Origin: Scyliorhinus canicula
Lineage: Eukaryota
Direction: 5' to 3'
NCBI RefSeq assembly: GCF_902713615.1
Contig: NC_052160.1
Location: 103,642,708 to 103,706,707 of the forward strand
Length of the DNA: 64,000 bases
The position numbers and the translations under genes are program-made. Positions 1-12,719 of the stretch are shown here, piece after piece. Numbering within the stretch: position 1 is the first letter of the stretch; each line of letters opens with the position of its first letter. The notes under the pieces are model-generated. The model saw only the letters and a program-made list of their open reading frames with translations, was not told the origin of the DNA and made no database searches.

Positions 1-427
1 ACTCTAAATTCTGGCTTTCCCAGTCAGGGCACCTGTTTTTTCCGAACAGTTAACAACCAGAGTTCTTATTCAGTGGAAACCAACAAGCTGGGAAGCCTTT
101 GATGAGTGAAACTGGCAAGTTCCAGCCATTATCATAAAAGCTGCAGATGTTGGAAACCTGAAGTAAAATGAGAAAATACCGGAAAAACTCAGAAGGCAAG
201 TTCAATCTATGGCAATGCGAAGTTAAATATTCACAACCAAAGCAGTGATGCAGTTATAATCAAACAGTATACATCCTCTCACTCAATGCTCAGATTCATT
301 AATGAAGAATCTTCATTTGGTGATACATTCAAAATCCAGTTTTCCATTACATCAGACCGATCTACAATAATGCAATCTTTGGTATGTTGCATTTTCCAAG
401 AGAACCTTCGCCATATTTTGTAAAGAT

Positions 428-716
428 TCATTTACTGGGAGTGGGCCAGTGTTTTTTGCCCATCCCTAAATGCCCTCCATTTAAGAAGGCATTTGGCAGT
501 CAAGCACATTGCTACGGATCTGGAGTCATATGTAAGCCAGACTGGATAAAGATGGAAGCTTTCTTTCACTAAAGTTCATCAGTGAACCAGATGGGTTTTT
601 ACGACACTAGACAATGGCTTCATGGTCATCATTAGACATTCAACTCAAGATTTGTATTGAATTCCAATTTTACCATCTGCCTTGGTGGGATTTGAACCCA
701 GGTCCCCAGATCCCTT
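428..716 (-). mobile_element. tRNA-derived SINE (family B, non-HE1), partial
   Basis: Reverse B-box 'gggatttgaacccagg' (~687-702); body is the reverse complement of the copy at 33770-34160 (catcagtgaaccagatgggttttt); tail 'gcccatccctaa' is shared with the LINE at 4630. Confidence 0.75.
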
Positions 717-1314
717 TAATATGGCTAACTTTCCCAAACAGTGTTGTAGCTATGATGATATCTGGCACATTCTGTTAACATGCCCAAAACAAAACCATGT
801 CCCACGACAAGCTATTGTAATGGCATTGTACTTTTGGCATTACATCAGGAATATCTCTGTATATTTCAGGACATTGCGAAGTTACAGACTGTAAGAGTAA
901 CATCCAACTAAGTAACACTACCAACCTCGGAGTATTATAGTGCAGTTATGCACATTTTTGTTTGTTATGCTTTAATTTTGTTCTAAGCATTCTGTCACAT
1001 TCTTCAAAGGCTTAAAACTGGTGGCATTACTGTAATGTAAGGTCTCTGATATTTACAGAAATCTTTTCTGATACAATAACATAGACATTTCATTAATACT
1101 CAATCAATCACTCAGAAACTCTTTCACTTAGATCAATAACTGTGACCGTCACTGATGAACAAACTATGTAAGAAAATGATATTTGGTAATTCATAGCACA
1201 AATTATTTTCAGCATTATTCAGACTTATTCAAGGATAATTAATTTGTACAACATTTTAATAACATGGATATATGTTTTTATAAGTTTATAATGAAACGTT
1301 ATTGGAAGTAGATG

Positions 1315-1402
1315 GGAAACAAACAGATCAGCCATAATCTTATTGAATGGCAGAGCAGGCTCAAGGGGCCGAATGGCTCACTTCTACTCCTATTTCCTAT
1401 GT
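1315..1402 (+). mobile_element. CR1 LINE 3' tail fragment
   Basis: 'agatcagccat..attgaatggcagagcaggctcaaggggccgaatggc..ctcctatttcctatgtt', a typical CR1 3' UTR end. Confidence 0.75.
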
Positions 1403-1699
1403 TTGCATATTCATATAAAAGGCCATGGAACTATTTAAAACACAAAATCCTGCTGTTTACGTCAAACTAAATATTTCAGTAACAGTGCAGCAGTTTCTCC
1501 ATATACCTTGCTTGGAATCTTTTTCACTGCAACGGACAATATCTTAAAGGACTGCAGTTTCCAATATTAGTTTTGTGCTGAGCTCATATTGGAAACTCAT
1601 TATTGCTGATATTTTACATGCTGAGAAATGGGATATACTAAGATGATAGCCAGCCCAGGGGTTTCAGAGGCGTACATTAACGTCCCAATTTTTGCAGAA

Positions 1700-1806
1700 G
1701 AAAGATCTTGCATTTATATAGCATCGTTCACAATCTCGGCACATCCCAATGAAGTACTATTGCGGTGCAGGGAACCTCAGCAGTCAATTTGCACACAGCA
1801 AGGCCC
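1700..1806 (-). mobile_element. Ancient DeuSINE-like remnant, interrupted by the HE1 SINE (resumes ~2141-2170)
   Basis: 'ttgcatttatatagc...gcagtcaatttgcacacagcaag' resembles the Deu-domain/L2-type tail; recognition from memory only. Confidence 0.5.
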
Positions 1807-2140
1807 ATAGAACATAGAACAGTACAGCACAGAACAGGCCCTTCGGCCCTCGATGTTGTGCCGTGCAATGATCACCCTACTCAAACCCACGTATCCACCC
1901 TATACCCGTAACCCAACAATCCCCCCATTAACCTTACACTACGGGCAATTTAGCATGGCCAATCCACCTAACCCGCACATCTTTGGACTGTGGGAGGAAA
2001 CTGGAGCACCCGGAGGAAACCCACGCACACACGGGGAGGACGTGCAGACTCCACACAGACAGTGACCCAGCCGGGAATCGAACCTGGGACCCTGGAGCTG
2101 TGAAGCATTTATGCTAACCACCATGCTACCGTGCTGCCCC
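1807..2140 (-). mobile_element. HE1-type V-SINE, full length
   Basis: tRNA head with A/B boxes on the minus strand (ggttcgattcc), V-domain (gggtttcctccgggtgctcc), CR1-type (TTCTATG)n tail. Confidence 0.95.
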
Positions 2141-2399
2141 TTATGAACAGGGAAGAATAATGACCAGATGACGGGGGTGAAATTGGTCTTCACCAATCTT
2201 GCAAAAAGAAGCTCATAGTGAATCAGCAGCCATATGGCACTGAGCTCCATTTCTTTGTCCACTGACTTCAATCCAATGAAAACGAGGCATGATATAAAAT
2301 TGACTGTCAATTTGCTGAGAGCTCGTTTTGTGAGATGATGAATTTCATCCCCAGTCCATTAAATGCATTTATTTCCTTGTTTATGAAGCAGAAGGAAGG

Positions 2400-3830
2400 G
2401 CGATAGGAGAGAGTAGTGGTGGAAGGGAGTGTCTCAAAATGGAGAAAGGTGACTAGTGGTGTTCCACAGGGATCCGTGCTCGGACCACTGTTGTTTGTGA
2501 TATATAGAACATAGAACATAGAACAGTACAGCACAGAACAGAACAGGCCCTTCGGCCCTCAATGTTGTGCCGAGCCATGATCACCCTACTCAAACCCACA
2601 TATCCACCCTATACCCGTAACCCAACAACCCCCCCCTTAACCTTACATTTATTAGGACACTACGGGCAATTTAGCATGGCCAATCCACCTAACCCGCACA
2701 TCTTTGGACTGTGGGAGGAAACCGGAGCACCCGGAGGAAACCCACGCACACAGGGGGAGGACGTGCAGACTCCACACAGACAGTGACCCAGCCGGGAATC
2801 GAACCTGGGACCCTGGAGCTGTGAAGCATTTATGCTAACCACCATGCTACCCTGCTGCCCCAATATATAACTGATTTTGACGAAGGTATAAGTGGTCTGA
2901 TGAGCAAGTTTGCAGATGATACTAAGATTGGTGGAGTTGCAGATAGCGAGGCGGACTGTCAGAGAATACAGCAAAATATAGATAGATTGGAGAGTTGGGC
3001 AGAGAAATGGCAGATGGAGTTCAATCCAGGCAAATGCGAGGTGATGCACTTTGGAAGATCTAACTCAAGAGCAGACTATATGGTCAATGGAAGAGTCCTG
3101 GGGAAAATTGATGTACAGAGAGATCTGGGAGTTCAGGTCCATTGTACCCTGAAGTGGCAACGAAGGTTGATAGAGTGGTCAAGAAGGCATACAGCATGCT
3201 TGCCTTCATCGGACGGGGTATCGAGTACAAGAGTCGGCAGGTCATGTTACAGTTGTATCGGACTTTGGTTAGGCCACATTTGGAATACTGCGTGCAGTTC
3301 TGGTCACCACATTACCAGAAGGATGTGGATGCTTTAGAGAGGGTGCATAGGAGGTTCACCAGGATGTTTCCTGGTATGGAGGGTGCTAGCTATGAAGAAA
3401 GGTTGAGTAGATTAGGATTGTTTTCATTGGAAAGACGGAGGTTGAGGGGAGACCTGATTGAGGTCTACAAAATTATGAGAGGTATGGACAGGGTGGATAG
3501 CAACACGCTTTTTCCAAGTGTGGGGGTGTCAATTACAAGGGGTCACGATTTCAAGGTGAGAGGGGGAAAGTTTAAGGGAGATGTGCGTGGAAAGTTTTTT
3601 ACGCAGAGGGTGGTGGGTGCCTGGAATGCTTTGCCAGCGGAGGTGGTAGAGGCGGGCACGATAGCATCATTTAAGATGCATCTGGACAGATATATGAACG
3701 GGTGGGGAACAGAGAGAAGTAGACCTTGGAAAATAGGCAACAGGTTTAGATAAAGGATCTGGATCGGCGCAGGCTGGGAGGGCCGAAGGGCCTGTTCCTG
3801 TGCTGTAATTTTCTTTTTTATTTGTTCTAT
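2400..3830 (+). mobile_element. CR1 (HER1-like) LINE, 5'-truncated, RT C-terminal half and 3' UTR
   Basis: [49 protein letters not shown]; a frameshift separates ORFs 2900..3337 and 3142..3753. Confidence 0.95.
2505..2860 (-). mobile_element. HE1-type V-SINE inserted in CR1
   Basis: Near-identical to 1807-2140; flanked on both sides by 'atatata' (likely TSD); the CR1 frame resumes after it. Confidence 0.95.
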
Positions 3831-4629
3831 TAATGTGACTTCTCTGGCAGTCTCCATCACAGTTATTGAGCTGCATGAAATCCCACCAGGGAACCGAATA
3901 TTTCCAACAACTCATTGAAGTAAACGTTTAAATATTACAACATTGTACCCATAAAGGAAATAACCTCAAGGTGGCATAATTATAACTGAACACAACGCCC
4001 AGAAAGAACTAAATTAAATCTATTTTCCAAGATATTAAGGATTTTCATAGTGTGTTAATTGTAATCGTGGAATGATAATGAATTGTTTCTTCATAGAAAA
4101 AAACCCGCCAAAATTGGTTATTTGATGCATGTTTTGGGCCTCATGGAATTGGGAAGCAAGTCCTACACCAGTGTCACTTTAAACCAATATAATTTAATTA
4201 CTGAAAAGAATAAATAAAAATCCTGCAGGTTGTTGTGGCACAGATTGCTCGGTATTTATAATAAACTAACAGATTATCCTTAGCATTGCTTAAAATAAGG
4301 CAGAAGATATGGAATGCTTTTGATGTTGCTGCAAACCCATGTATCCATGGGAACAAGACAAGACAAAATTTGCAACAAGAAACTTTCCACTGCTTTTCTG
4401 CTGCCTTAGGCTATTCTGCACTTTTGGAATGGTCTTCAAAACAGGGGAGGCCAGAGTTCCCACTGGTAACAAGCAGGAGCATCAGTACTAGTCACAAATT
4501 TGGGAGTTGTGCAACATTCCTTCAGACGTCATTTTGCTACATGGAACCAGATTATTGCACTTTAAGAGTAATATGTGGCCACTTAAAGGGAATTTAGCTT
4601 GTGTGTGTTCGATTTTCTCTCTGGTTTTT

Positions 4630-6430
4630 TATTCTTACTTGGGTGTGGGCATCGCTGTTTATGCCAGCATTTATTGTCCATCCTTAATTGCCCTTGAGAA
4701 GGTGGTGGTGAGCTGTTTTCTTGAATCATAGCAGTCTATGTGGTGAAGGTACACCCACAGTGCTGTTAGAGAGGAAGTTCTAGGATTTTGACCCAGCGAC
4801 AGTGATGGAACAGCAGTATATTTCCAAATCAGGTTAGCGAGTGACTTGGAGGGGATCTTCCAGGCGGTGGTGCTCCCATGTATCTGCCGCCCTGTCCTAC
4901 TAGGTGGTAGAAGTTGTGGATCTGGAAGATGCTGTTGATGGAGCTTTGGTGAGTTGCTGCAGTGTATCTTGTACATAATACACACTGCTGACACATGGGG
5001 TAGGAATGTTCAATGTGGTGGATGGGCTGCCAATCAATGGGCTGCTTTGTCCTGGATGGTGTCGGGTTTTTTGAGTGTTGTTATAGCTGCACTCATCCAG
5101 GCAAGTGGAGAATATTCCATCACACTCTTGACTTGTGCTTTGTAGATGGTGGACTGGATTTGGAGAGTCGGGGTGGAGTTACCGTCCACAGAATTCTCAG
5201 TCTTTGACCTGCTCTTGTGGGCACAGTATTTTTATGGCTGATCCAGTTCAGTTTATGTTCAATGGTAACCCCCAAGATGTTAATAGTGGGGGTTTTGGCG
5301 ATGGTAATGTCATTTAATGTTGCAGATGATCATTGCATGGTACTTGTGTGGTGCGAATGTTACTTGCCTTATCAGCCCAAGCCTGAATTGTCCAGGACTT
5401 GTTGCCTATGGATACAGACTGCTTCAGTGTCTGATCAGTCGCGAATGATGTTGAGCATTGTGCAATCATCAACAAACATCCCCACTTCTGACCTGATGAT
5501 GGATGGAAGTACATTGAATAAACAGTTGGGGCCAGGACACTACCCTGGAAAACGCCTCAACAATGTCCCAGGCCTGATGATTGACCTCCAAAAACCACAA
5601 CCATCTTTCTTTGTGCAAAGCATGACTCCAACCTGTGGAGAGCTTTCCCTCGATTCCCATTGACTCAGATGTTGCTCGGGCTCCTCAACGCCACACTCAC
5701 GAAAATTCTGCCTTGATGTCAAGGCCATCACCTCATTTCTTGAGTTCAGTTCTTCTGTCTACGTTTGAACCAAGGCTGTAATTTGGTTAGGAGCTGAGCA
5801 GCCCTGATGGAACCAAACTGAGTGTCAGTGAGTAGGTTATAGTTGAGTAAGTGTCAATGTCACCTTCCATTACATTGCTGATGATCATGAAGAGGCTGAT
5901 GGAGCTGGAAATGGCCAGATTGGATTTGTCCTGCACTGAGTAGACAGGACATATCTGGGCAATTTTCCACATTGTCGGGTGGATGCTGGTGTTACAGCTG
6001 TACTGCAACAGCGTGGTTAGAGGCGTAGTCAGTTCTAGAAAATAAATCTTCAGGATTATTGCTAGAATGCTGTCAGACACCATAGCCTTTGTAGTATTCA
6101 ATGCCTTCAGCCATTTCTTGATAACACGTTGTGTGAATCGAATTGGCGGAAGACTGGCATCTGCAATTCAGGGGTCCTCTGGAGGAGGACATGATGGATC
6201 ATCCGCTCAGTACTTCTGGCTGAAGGTGCTCAAACTGCTTCAACCTTATTTCTTGCATTGATGTGTTGGGCTGCATTCCATCATTGAGGATGGGGATATT
6301 TGTGGAGTCACATCCTCCAGTGAGCTGTTTAATTGTCCACCGCCAGTCACAGCTGGATGTTGGAGGACTGCAGAGCTTAGCTCTGATCTGTTGGTTGTGG
6401 GATTGTAATTTTGCCGATTGCAGCCACACA
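4630..6430 (-). mobile_element. Degenerate LINE of a second CR1/L2-superfamily lineage
   Basis: ORF 5787..6101 HPTMWKIAQICPVYSVQDKSNLAISSSISLFMIISNVMEG resembles RT domain WKxAxVxPxxK..NYRPISLL; 3' tail ends ~4630. Confidence 0.8.
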
Positions 6431-6531
6431 TCTTGAGGCAATATTTGTGCTGCATTATATAATGGAACACAATGTAAACCACCCTCCTGTAAAGGGAGCA
6501 TTTAAATATACACAGGTTTTGTGGGAGATTA

Positions 6532-8710
6532 GAGAACATAGAACAGTACAGCATAGTGCAGGCCCTTAGGCCCACGGTGTTATGCCGACCATTGATCCTA
6601 ATCTACGATCAACCTAACATACACTCCTTCAACTTACTGCTGTCCATGTGCTTGCCCAAGAGTCATTTAAATGTCCCTAATGACTCTGATTCCACCACCT
6701 CCGCTGGCAGTGCATTCCATGCACCCACCACCCTCTGTGTAAAGAACCTACCTCTGACATCTCCCCTATACCTTCCTCCAGTCACCTTAAAATCATGTCC
6801 CCTCATGACAGCCATTTCCACCCTGGGGAAAAGTCTCTGGCTATCCACTCTATCCATACCTCTCCAAAGCATCCAGATCCTTCCTATAATGAGGTGACCA
6901 GAACTGGACACAATATTCCAAGTGTGGTCTAACAAGGATTTTATAAAGCTGCAGCAAAACCACACTGCTCTTGAACTCAATCCCCCTGTTAATGAAAGCC
7001 AGCACACCATACGCCTTCTTAACAACCCTATCAACGTGGGTGGCAACTTTGTGGGATCTATGTATGTGGACTCCAAGATCCCTCTGTTCCTCCACACTTC
7101 CAAGAATCCTGCTTTTAACCCTGTATTCAGCATTCAAATTCGACCTACCATAATTAATCATTTCACATTTATCTAGGTTGAAATCCATCTGCTATGTCAC
7201 AGACCAGCTCTGCACCCTGCCAATGTCCTGTTGTAACCTGCAACAGCCCTCAACACTATCTACACTCCACCAACGTTTGTGTCATCAGCAAACTTACTAA
7301 CCCACCCTTCCACTTCCTCATCCAAGTCATTTATAAAAACCACAAAGAGCAGAGGTCCCAGAACAGATCCCTACGGGACACCAATTGTTACCAACCTCCA
7401 GGCGGAATACTTTCCATCCACTACCACTCGCTGTCTTCTTTCGGCCAACCAATTCTGTATCCAGATAGCCAGATTTCCCTGTATCCCATGCCCCCTATTT
7501 TTCTGAGTGAGCCTTCCATGGGGAACCTTATCAAATGCCTTACTGAAATCCATATACACCACATCCACTGCCCGACCTTCATCAATGTGTCTTGTCATAT
7601 CCTCAAAGAATTCAACAAGGCTTGTGAGGCATGACCTGCCTCTCACAAAGCCATGCTGACTATCTTTAACTAAACTATGTTTTTCTAAATAATCATAAAT
7701 CCTATCTCTCAGAATCCTTTCCAATATTTTTCTCACCACAGACGTAAGACTGATGGGTCTGTAATTCCCAGGGATTTCCCTATTCCCTTTCTTGAACAGG
7801 GGAACAACATTTGCCTCCCTCCAATCATCCGGTACTACTCCAGTGAAGAGTGAGGATGCAAAGATCATCGCCAACGGCGCAGCAATCTCCTCCCTCGCTT
7901 CCCGTAGTAACCTTGGGTATATCCTGTCTGGCCCATGGGAATTGTCTATCCTGATATTTTTCAAAATTTCCAGCACATTCTCCTTCTTGATATCAACCTG
8001 TTCAAGCCTATTAATCTGCTTCATGCTGTTCTCACAAGCAACAAGGCCCCTCTTTCTAGTGAATACTGAAGCAAAATATTCATTTTGGGCATCCCCTACC
8101 TCCTCAGACTCCAGACACAAGATCCCTCCACAATCCCTGATCGGCCCTACTCTCACTTTGATCATCTTCTTATTTCTCACATAAGCGTAGAACGCCTTGG
8201 GTTTTTCCCTAATCCTTTCCACTAGTGATTTTTCATGCCCCCTTTCTAGCTCTCCTAAGTCCATTTTTGAGTTCCTTTCTGGCTACCTTGTAACCCTCTA
8301 GAGCCAAGTCAGATCCTTGCTTCCTCAACCTTAAGTAAGCTTCCTTCTTCCACTTGACTAGAAGCTCCACTTCTCTTGACATTCAAGGCTCCTTCACCTT
8401 CCCATTTCTTCATTGTCTCAGTGGGACAAAACTACTCAGCATTCGCAGAAAGTGCTCCTTAAACAACCCACACATTACTGTTGTGCATTTCCCTGAGAAC
8501 ATGTTCCCAATTTATGCTCCTCAGCTCCTGTTTAATAGCAGTATCATTTCCCCTCCCCCAATTAAGTACCTTCCCATACTGTCTGTTCCTATCCCTCTCC
8601 ATGACTATGTAAAGGCCAAGGAGTTGTGGTCACTGTCACCGAAATGGTCTCCCTCCGATTCATCTGACACTTGGCCTGGTTCGTTGCCAAGCACCAAATC
8701 CAATATGGCC
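6532..8710 (-). mobile_element. CR1 (HER1-like) LINE, ORF2 linker/RT, with an internal deletion near 6860
   Basis: ORF 7371..8264 has NYRPISLTS, QHGFVRGRSCLT, YMDFSKAFDKVPH; (agaacat) tail at 6532; LER is joined directly to GMDRVD. Confidence 0.95.
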
Positions 8711-8974
8711 AAAGATTCTTTTGGAGTAGAATGGGCATGGTACACGTCTTACATCTCTAGAAAATGGTACTGACAGCTCCACTCTAAGGGCCCTCTTGCT
8801 CAGCAATGTGGACGATCCAATTTACTTCCTACCTCTTCAAATTAGTAAGCTGCGTATCAGTAATGGAATCATTTGGGCTGCTCATCAGTTCTGGGTTGAG
8901 GCCGAACAATCAGGATTCTTGCATGTGTTACTGAACAGGCTAGCCCATCGCTCCACTCACCACCTGCTGGATGC

Positions 8975-9100
8975 GAAGGACTTTGGGATACAGGCATACC
9001 TTCCATTAAAACTAGTGACACAGACTAATAGGGACATAAAGAAAATAAAACAAGGACTGGGAGCAATTTCTCGAGGAATTGAGTTGAAAACTGAGAAGTG
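8975..9100 (+). mobile_element. Old CR1 RT remnant
   Basis: KDFGIQAYLPLKLVTQTNRDIKKIKQGLGAISRGIELK aligns to CR1 RDLGVQVH.SLKVATQV...KK....L.FI.RGIE.K. Confidence 0.7.
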
Positions 9101-9109
9101 AAATTCTTC

Positions 9110-9400
9110 TCTTATTTTTAAAAATTGTCACAAGTATGCTGACATAAACACCGCAATGAAGTTACTGTGAAAATCCACTAGTCGCCACACTCCGGCGTTT
9201 GTTTGAGTACACAGAGGGAGAATTCAGACTGTCCGATTCGGCTACCAAGTACATCTTGAGGAAACCAGAGCGCCCGGAGGAGACCCACTCAGACACAGGG
9301 AGAACGTGCAGACTCCACACAGGCAGTGACTCAAGCCAGGAATCGAACCTGGGACCCTGGGGCTGTGAAGCAACAGTGCTAACCATTGTGCTACCTTACC
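9110..9400 (-). mobile_element. V-SINE with an alternative (non-CR1) 3' tail
   Basis: HE1-like head and V-domain; tail 'tcacagtaacttcattgc..cttgtgacaa', as at 26695-26985. Confidence 0.85.
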
Positions 9401-10658
9401 ACCCTATATAGAGCCTTAGGGAAATTACAGGTAATTTTGGGAAATGGATCACCCAGTTGTTTCACAAGCTTTCTTATTTTAATTGAAATCAATGGAATAG
9501 AAATTGGGTTGGCTCCATAATGTGTGCGCAATCTGTCATGCCAGGCAACGTAACCAAATCTGCCCCAAAATCCAATTGTTGTGAACCCTGACAAAAGTGA
9601 AGGATTATTATCCTTCTGCAAATCTTGCGGTCAGTCTGAGAGCATTTCTCCGTGCCGGGGAAGTTTGACTTGAGGTGGACGACTGACTGTGAATCCCCTA
9701 ACTCTTTTCCAAAGTCATAGAAAGAAACTTGAAAAAAATAGTTTGCTGTTCCTTTTGTTGTACTTCTCCAAGTTTATATTTACTTGTGCAAGAAAGCGTC
9801 GTGCCTGACATTAAAAAAAAACAAAGTGTTGGCTGGAGAAACAAAAATTGGTGTTGTGGGATAACAAGGGAAAAAAACCCTCTGAAACTCATTCCATCAA
9901 AGTAATGTAATCAGAAGCTTTTCTTTTTTTTAAAAAAAGCTGACAAAACGCTCAGATTTATATTGTACAATGATGGTATTGCCAATTATTCTTCCTGCCA
10001 ATATTTTCCATTACTGTAAGCTGAAAACAGAAAATCACTGGAACCTTAACCCTCGGGGAAAAAGCTATTTTAATTAAATTAGTTTCTTGAAAATGGCAAC
10101 AGCACAGACCATAAAATTTGAAGTTAGTTAGAACACTTCATTGTACTTTAATGCAAAATCCCAGTCCTTGTTACGTGTACATCCTATTAAAAACTGGAAA
10201 TAATGGGTTTCTGTGCTAAACTATGCTGAGAGGCTCGAACAATAAAATTGGTGATTCTGCTCTTCAGGACACAGATTTGTCCTTCTTGTAATGTCATAAG
10301 TCAAAAGGGAAGAAGATCTATTCAGAACCCCATGTAGTAGTTTCAGCATGAAATTTAAAGTTATAGCCAATGTAGTCAGTCTCACTGATGAAACGATAGA
10401 TGATGTTCAGAATGTTATAGGCAGCAATGTGTTTAGGATGTGATAATGTCACCAGCAATAGGAAATAGCATTCGAGAAGCATTCACAGAGGATACAAATG
10501 CGTCAAAATGATTAATTGCTATTTAGTTTGGCTTCTCAATCCAGCTTTCACTAAAACCCCACAATCATAGAATCCCTAAAGTGCAGAAGAAAGCCATTTG
10601 GCCTATCGAGTCTGCACTGACCCTCTAAAAGAGCACTCCAACTAGGCCCACTCCCCAC

Positions 10659-10950
10659 TGATGAGACCATCAATTCACAAGACACGTGATTGGAAGTGAA
10701 CAGTGGTTTTAATAGTCTTACAACTGAGCCTGCCTGCGACGAGATGAACTGGCAGCAGGCTCACGACTGCAGATCTTTATACTTCCGGTTAGTGGGAGGA
10801 GCCATAGGCCGAGCCAAAGGTGGAGCCCAGTACAAACTCCTCATCTCCCCCTATGGGCAGAGCCGCGCAACGGCTCGTATACAGAGCTCACAAGGACACA
10901 ATACATATGATACAACACAGTGTGAATTACTAGGTTTATAATTCACCACA
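10659..10950 (-). repeat. 3' LTR (292 bp)
   Basis: Begins TGTGGTG on the minus strand right after PPT aggggggtgaa-like tract; ends ...CATCA; reverse TATA (tttata ~10776) and ATTAAA (~10708). Confidence 0.88.
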
Positions 10951-10993
10951 TTCACCCCCTGTAAAATAATCAAGTCCGGTGGGGGTGATGGGT

Positions 10994-12196
10994 CTACAAA
11001 TTGAGCCGGTCCGGCGGCCGAGTCGTCCTTTCGGATCGGCGAAGCACCGGGGTTGTAGCCTCTTCTGGTGGCTGGGTGGTGGCAGTCGGCGAGGGTACAA
11101 TGGTGGACCTCGGGGGTGATTCGGTCCGAGCTTCATACCCGACTGGTTTGACTGGTGACGGGAAGCGCTGGAAACCCATAGGCGCGGGGGTGCGGAGCAC
11201 GGGCAGTGAACCTGTAGATGCGGGGGCGCAGGGCGCAGAGGGTTGTGCGGGGCGTAGTGTGAGGGGTACCTCGGCGGTAGTAGTGGTGGGATTGGATCCT
11301 GCAGGCGGCAGGTCCCGGAGGGAAACAGTGTCCTGACGGCCGTCAGGGTATTCGATGAAGGCGTATTGGGGGTTCGAGTGGAGTAGGAGCACTCTCTCTA
11401 CGAGTGGGTCAGTTTTGTGTGCCCGGACGTGCTTCCGGAGGAGAAGCAGGCCCGATGTCTTCAACCATGCTGGGAGCGAAACCCCCGTGGTATTTCCCCC
11501 AGAAAAAACAAATAGCCGTTCGTGAGGGGTCTGGTTGGTGGCTGTACATAGGAGTGACCTAATAGCATGGAGCGCGTCGGGGAGGACCTCCTGCCAATGG
11601 GAGGTCTGGAGATTCCTGGACCGGAGGGTCAGTAGGACGGTCTTCCAGACCGTCGCGTTCTCCCTCTCCACCTGTCCATTCCCGCTGGGGTTGTAGCTGG
11701 CAGTCCTGCCCGAGGCGATGCCCTTGTCGAGCAGTTACCGCCGCAGCTCGTCGCTCATAAAGGACGAACCCCTGTCGCTGTGTACGTAGCTGGGGAACCC
11801 GAACAGGGTGGAGATGCTGTGCAGGGCTCTGATGACTGTGTGGGAGGTCATATCGGGGCATGGGACAGCAAAGGGGAAGCAGGAGAACTCGTCGATGACG
11901 TTCAGGAAGTACACATTCCGATTGGTCAAGGGGAGTGGCCCTTTGAAATCGATGCTTAGGCGTTCAAAGGGCCAGGGTGCCTTTACTAGGTGGGCCTTGT
12001 CTGGTCTATAGAAGTGTGGTTTGCACTCCGCGCAGATCGGGCAATCCCTGGTGATGGCTTTTACCTCCTCGGTGGAGAAAGGCAGATTTCGGGCTTTGAT
12101 GTAGTGGGCGGGCCGGGTGACCCCCGGATGGCAGAGGTCATTGTGGATAGCTTTCAGGCGGTCGTCTTGCGCGCTGGCCACAAGGACACAATACAT
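10994..12196 (-). pseudogene. Gypsy integrase (HHCC + DDE + Pro-rich tail), 400 codons, one in-frame TAA at 11735-11737
   Basis: HNDLCHPG..CPIC; SIDFKGP; HSDRG; NGQVERENA. ORFs 11735..12208 and 10994..11671 are in the same frame. Confidence 0.92.
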
Positions 12197-12334
12197 ATGA
12201 TACAACACAGTGTGAATTACTAGGTTTATAATTCACCACACCCACCCTATCCCCGCACCCCCACCTAACCTTTGAACACTAAGGGATAATTTAACATGGC
12301 CAATCCACCTAACCTGTACATCTTTGGACCTCGA

Positions 12335-12660
12335 ACCATAGAATTCCTACAGCGCAGGAGGAGGCCACTCAGCCCATCGAGCCCGCACCAGCCCTGGGAG
12401 AGAGCACCCCACCCCAGGTCCCAAACCCGTAATCCCACACAACCCCACCCAACCTATACATCCCCGGACACCAAGGGACAATTCAGCATGGCCAATCAAC
12501 CCATCCTGCACATCCCTGGAGCGCGGGAGGAAACCGGAGTACCAAGAGGAAACCCAGGCAGTCACAAGGAGAAATTGCAAACTCCACACAGACAGGAATT
12601 GAACCCGGGTCGCTAGCCCTGTGAAGCAGCAGTGCTAACCACTGCACCACCATGCTGCCC
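12335..12660 (-). mobile_element. HE1-type V-SINE, diverged
   Basis: Head gggcagcatggtggtgcagtggttagcactgctg on the minus strand; catagaa tail. Confidence 0.9.
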
Positions 12661-12719
12661 CTATCCTTATTAAAACAGGCAACTTTTACAGTGCAGCTGA
12701 AAGTCTTTTTCTAATCATT

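Larger units (their letters stand above)
10659..12240 (-). mobile_element. Ty3/Gypsy LTR element, internally deleted (integrase only)
   Basis: TG...CA termini; exact 5-bp TSD CCCAC (10654-10658 and 12241-12245); identical 62-bp repeat at 10889-10950 and 12179-12240; polypurine tract next to 10951. Confidence 0.93.
10565..12330 (-). mobile_element. HE1-type SINE 3' part, split by an LTR-element insertion
   Basis: Tail 10565-10658 continues at 12241-12330 (cccaccctatcccc...ggccaatccacctaacc). Confidence 0.85.

Noticed and set aside
1853-2310. Recurring ORFs (MANPPNPHIFGLWEETG..., GHCLCGVCTSSPCVRGFPPG...)
   Set aside because: They are translations of HE1 SINE copies, not genes.
8961-9024. Apparent minus-strand exon (pyrimidine tract + AG ... 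GTGAGT)
   Set aside because: The tract and most of the exon are the antisense of an old CR1 RT fragment (KDFGIQ..ISRGIELK); there is no independent evidence of exonisation.
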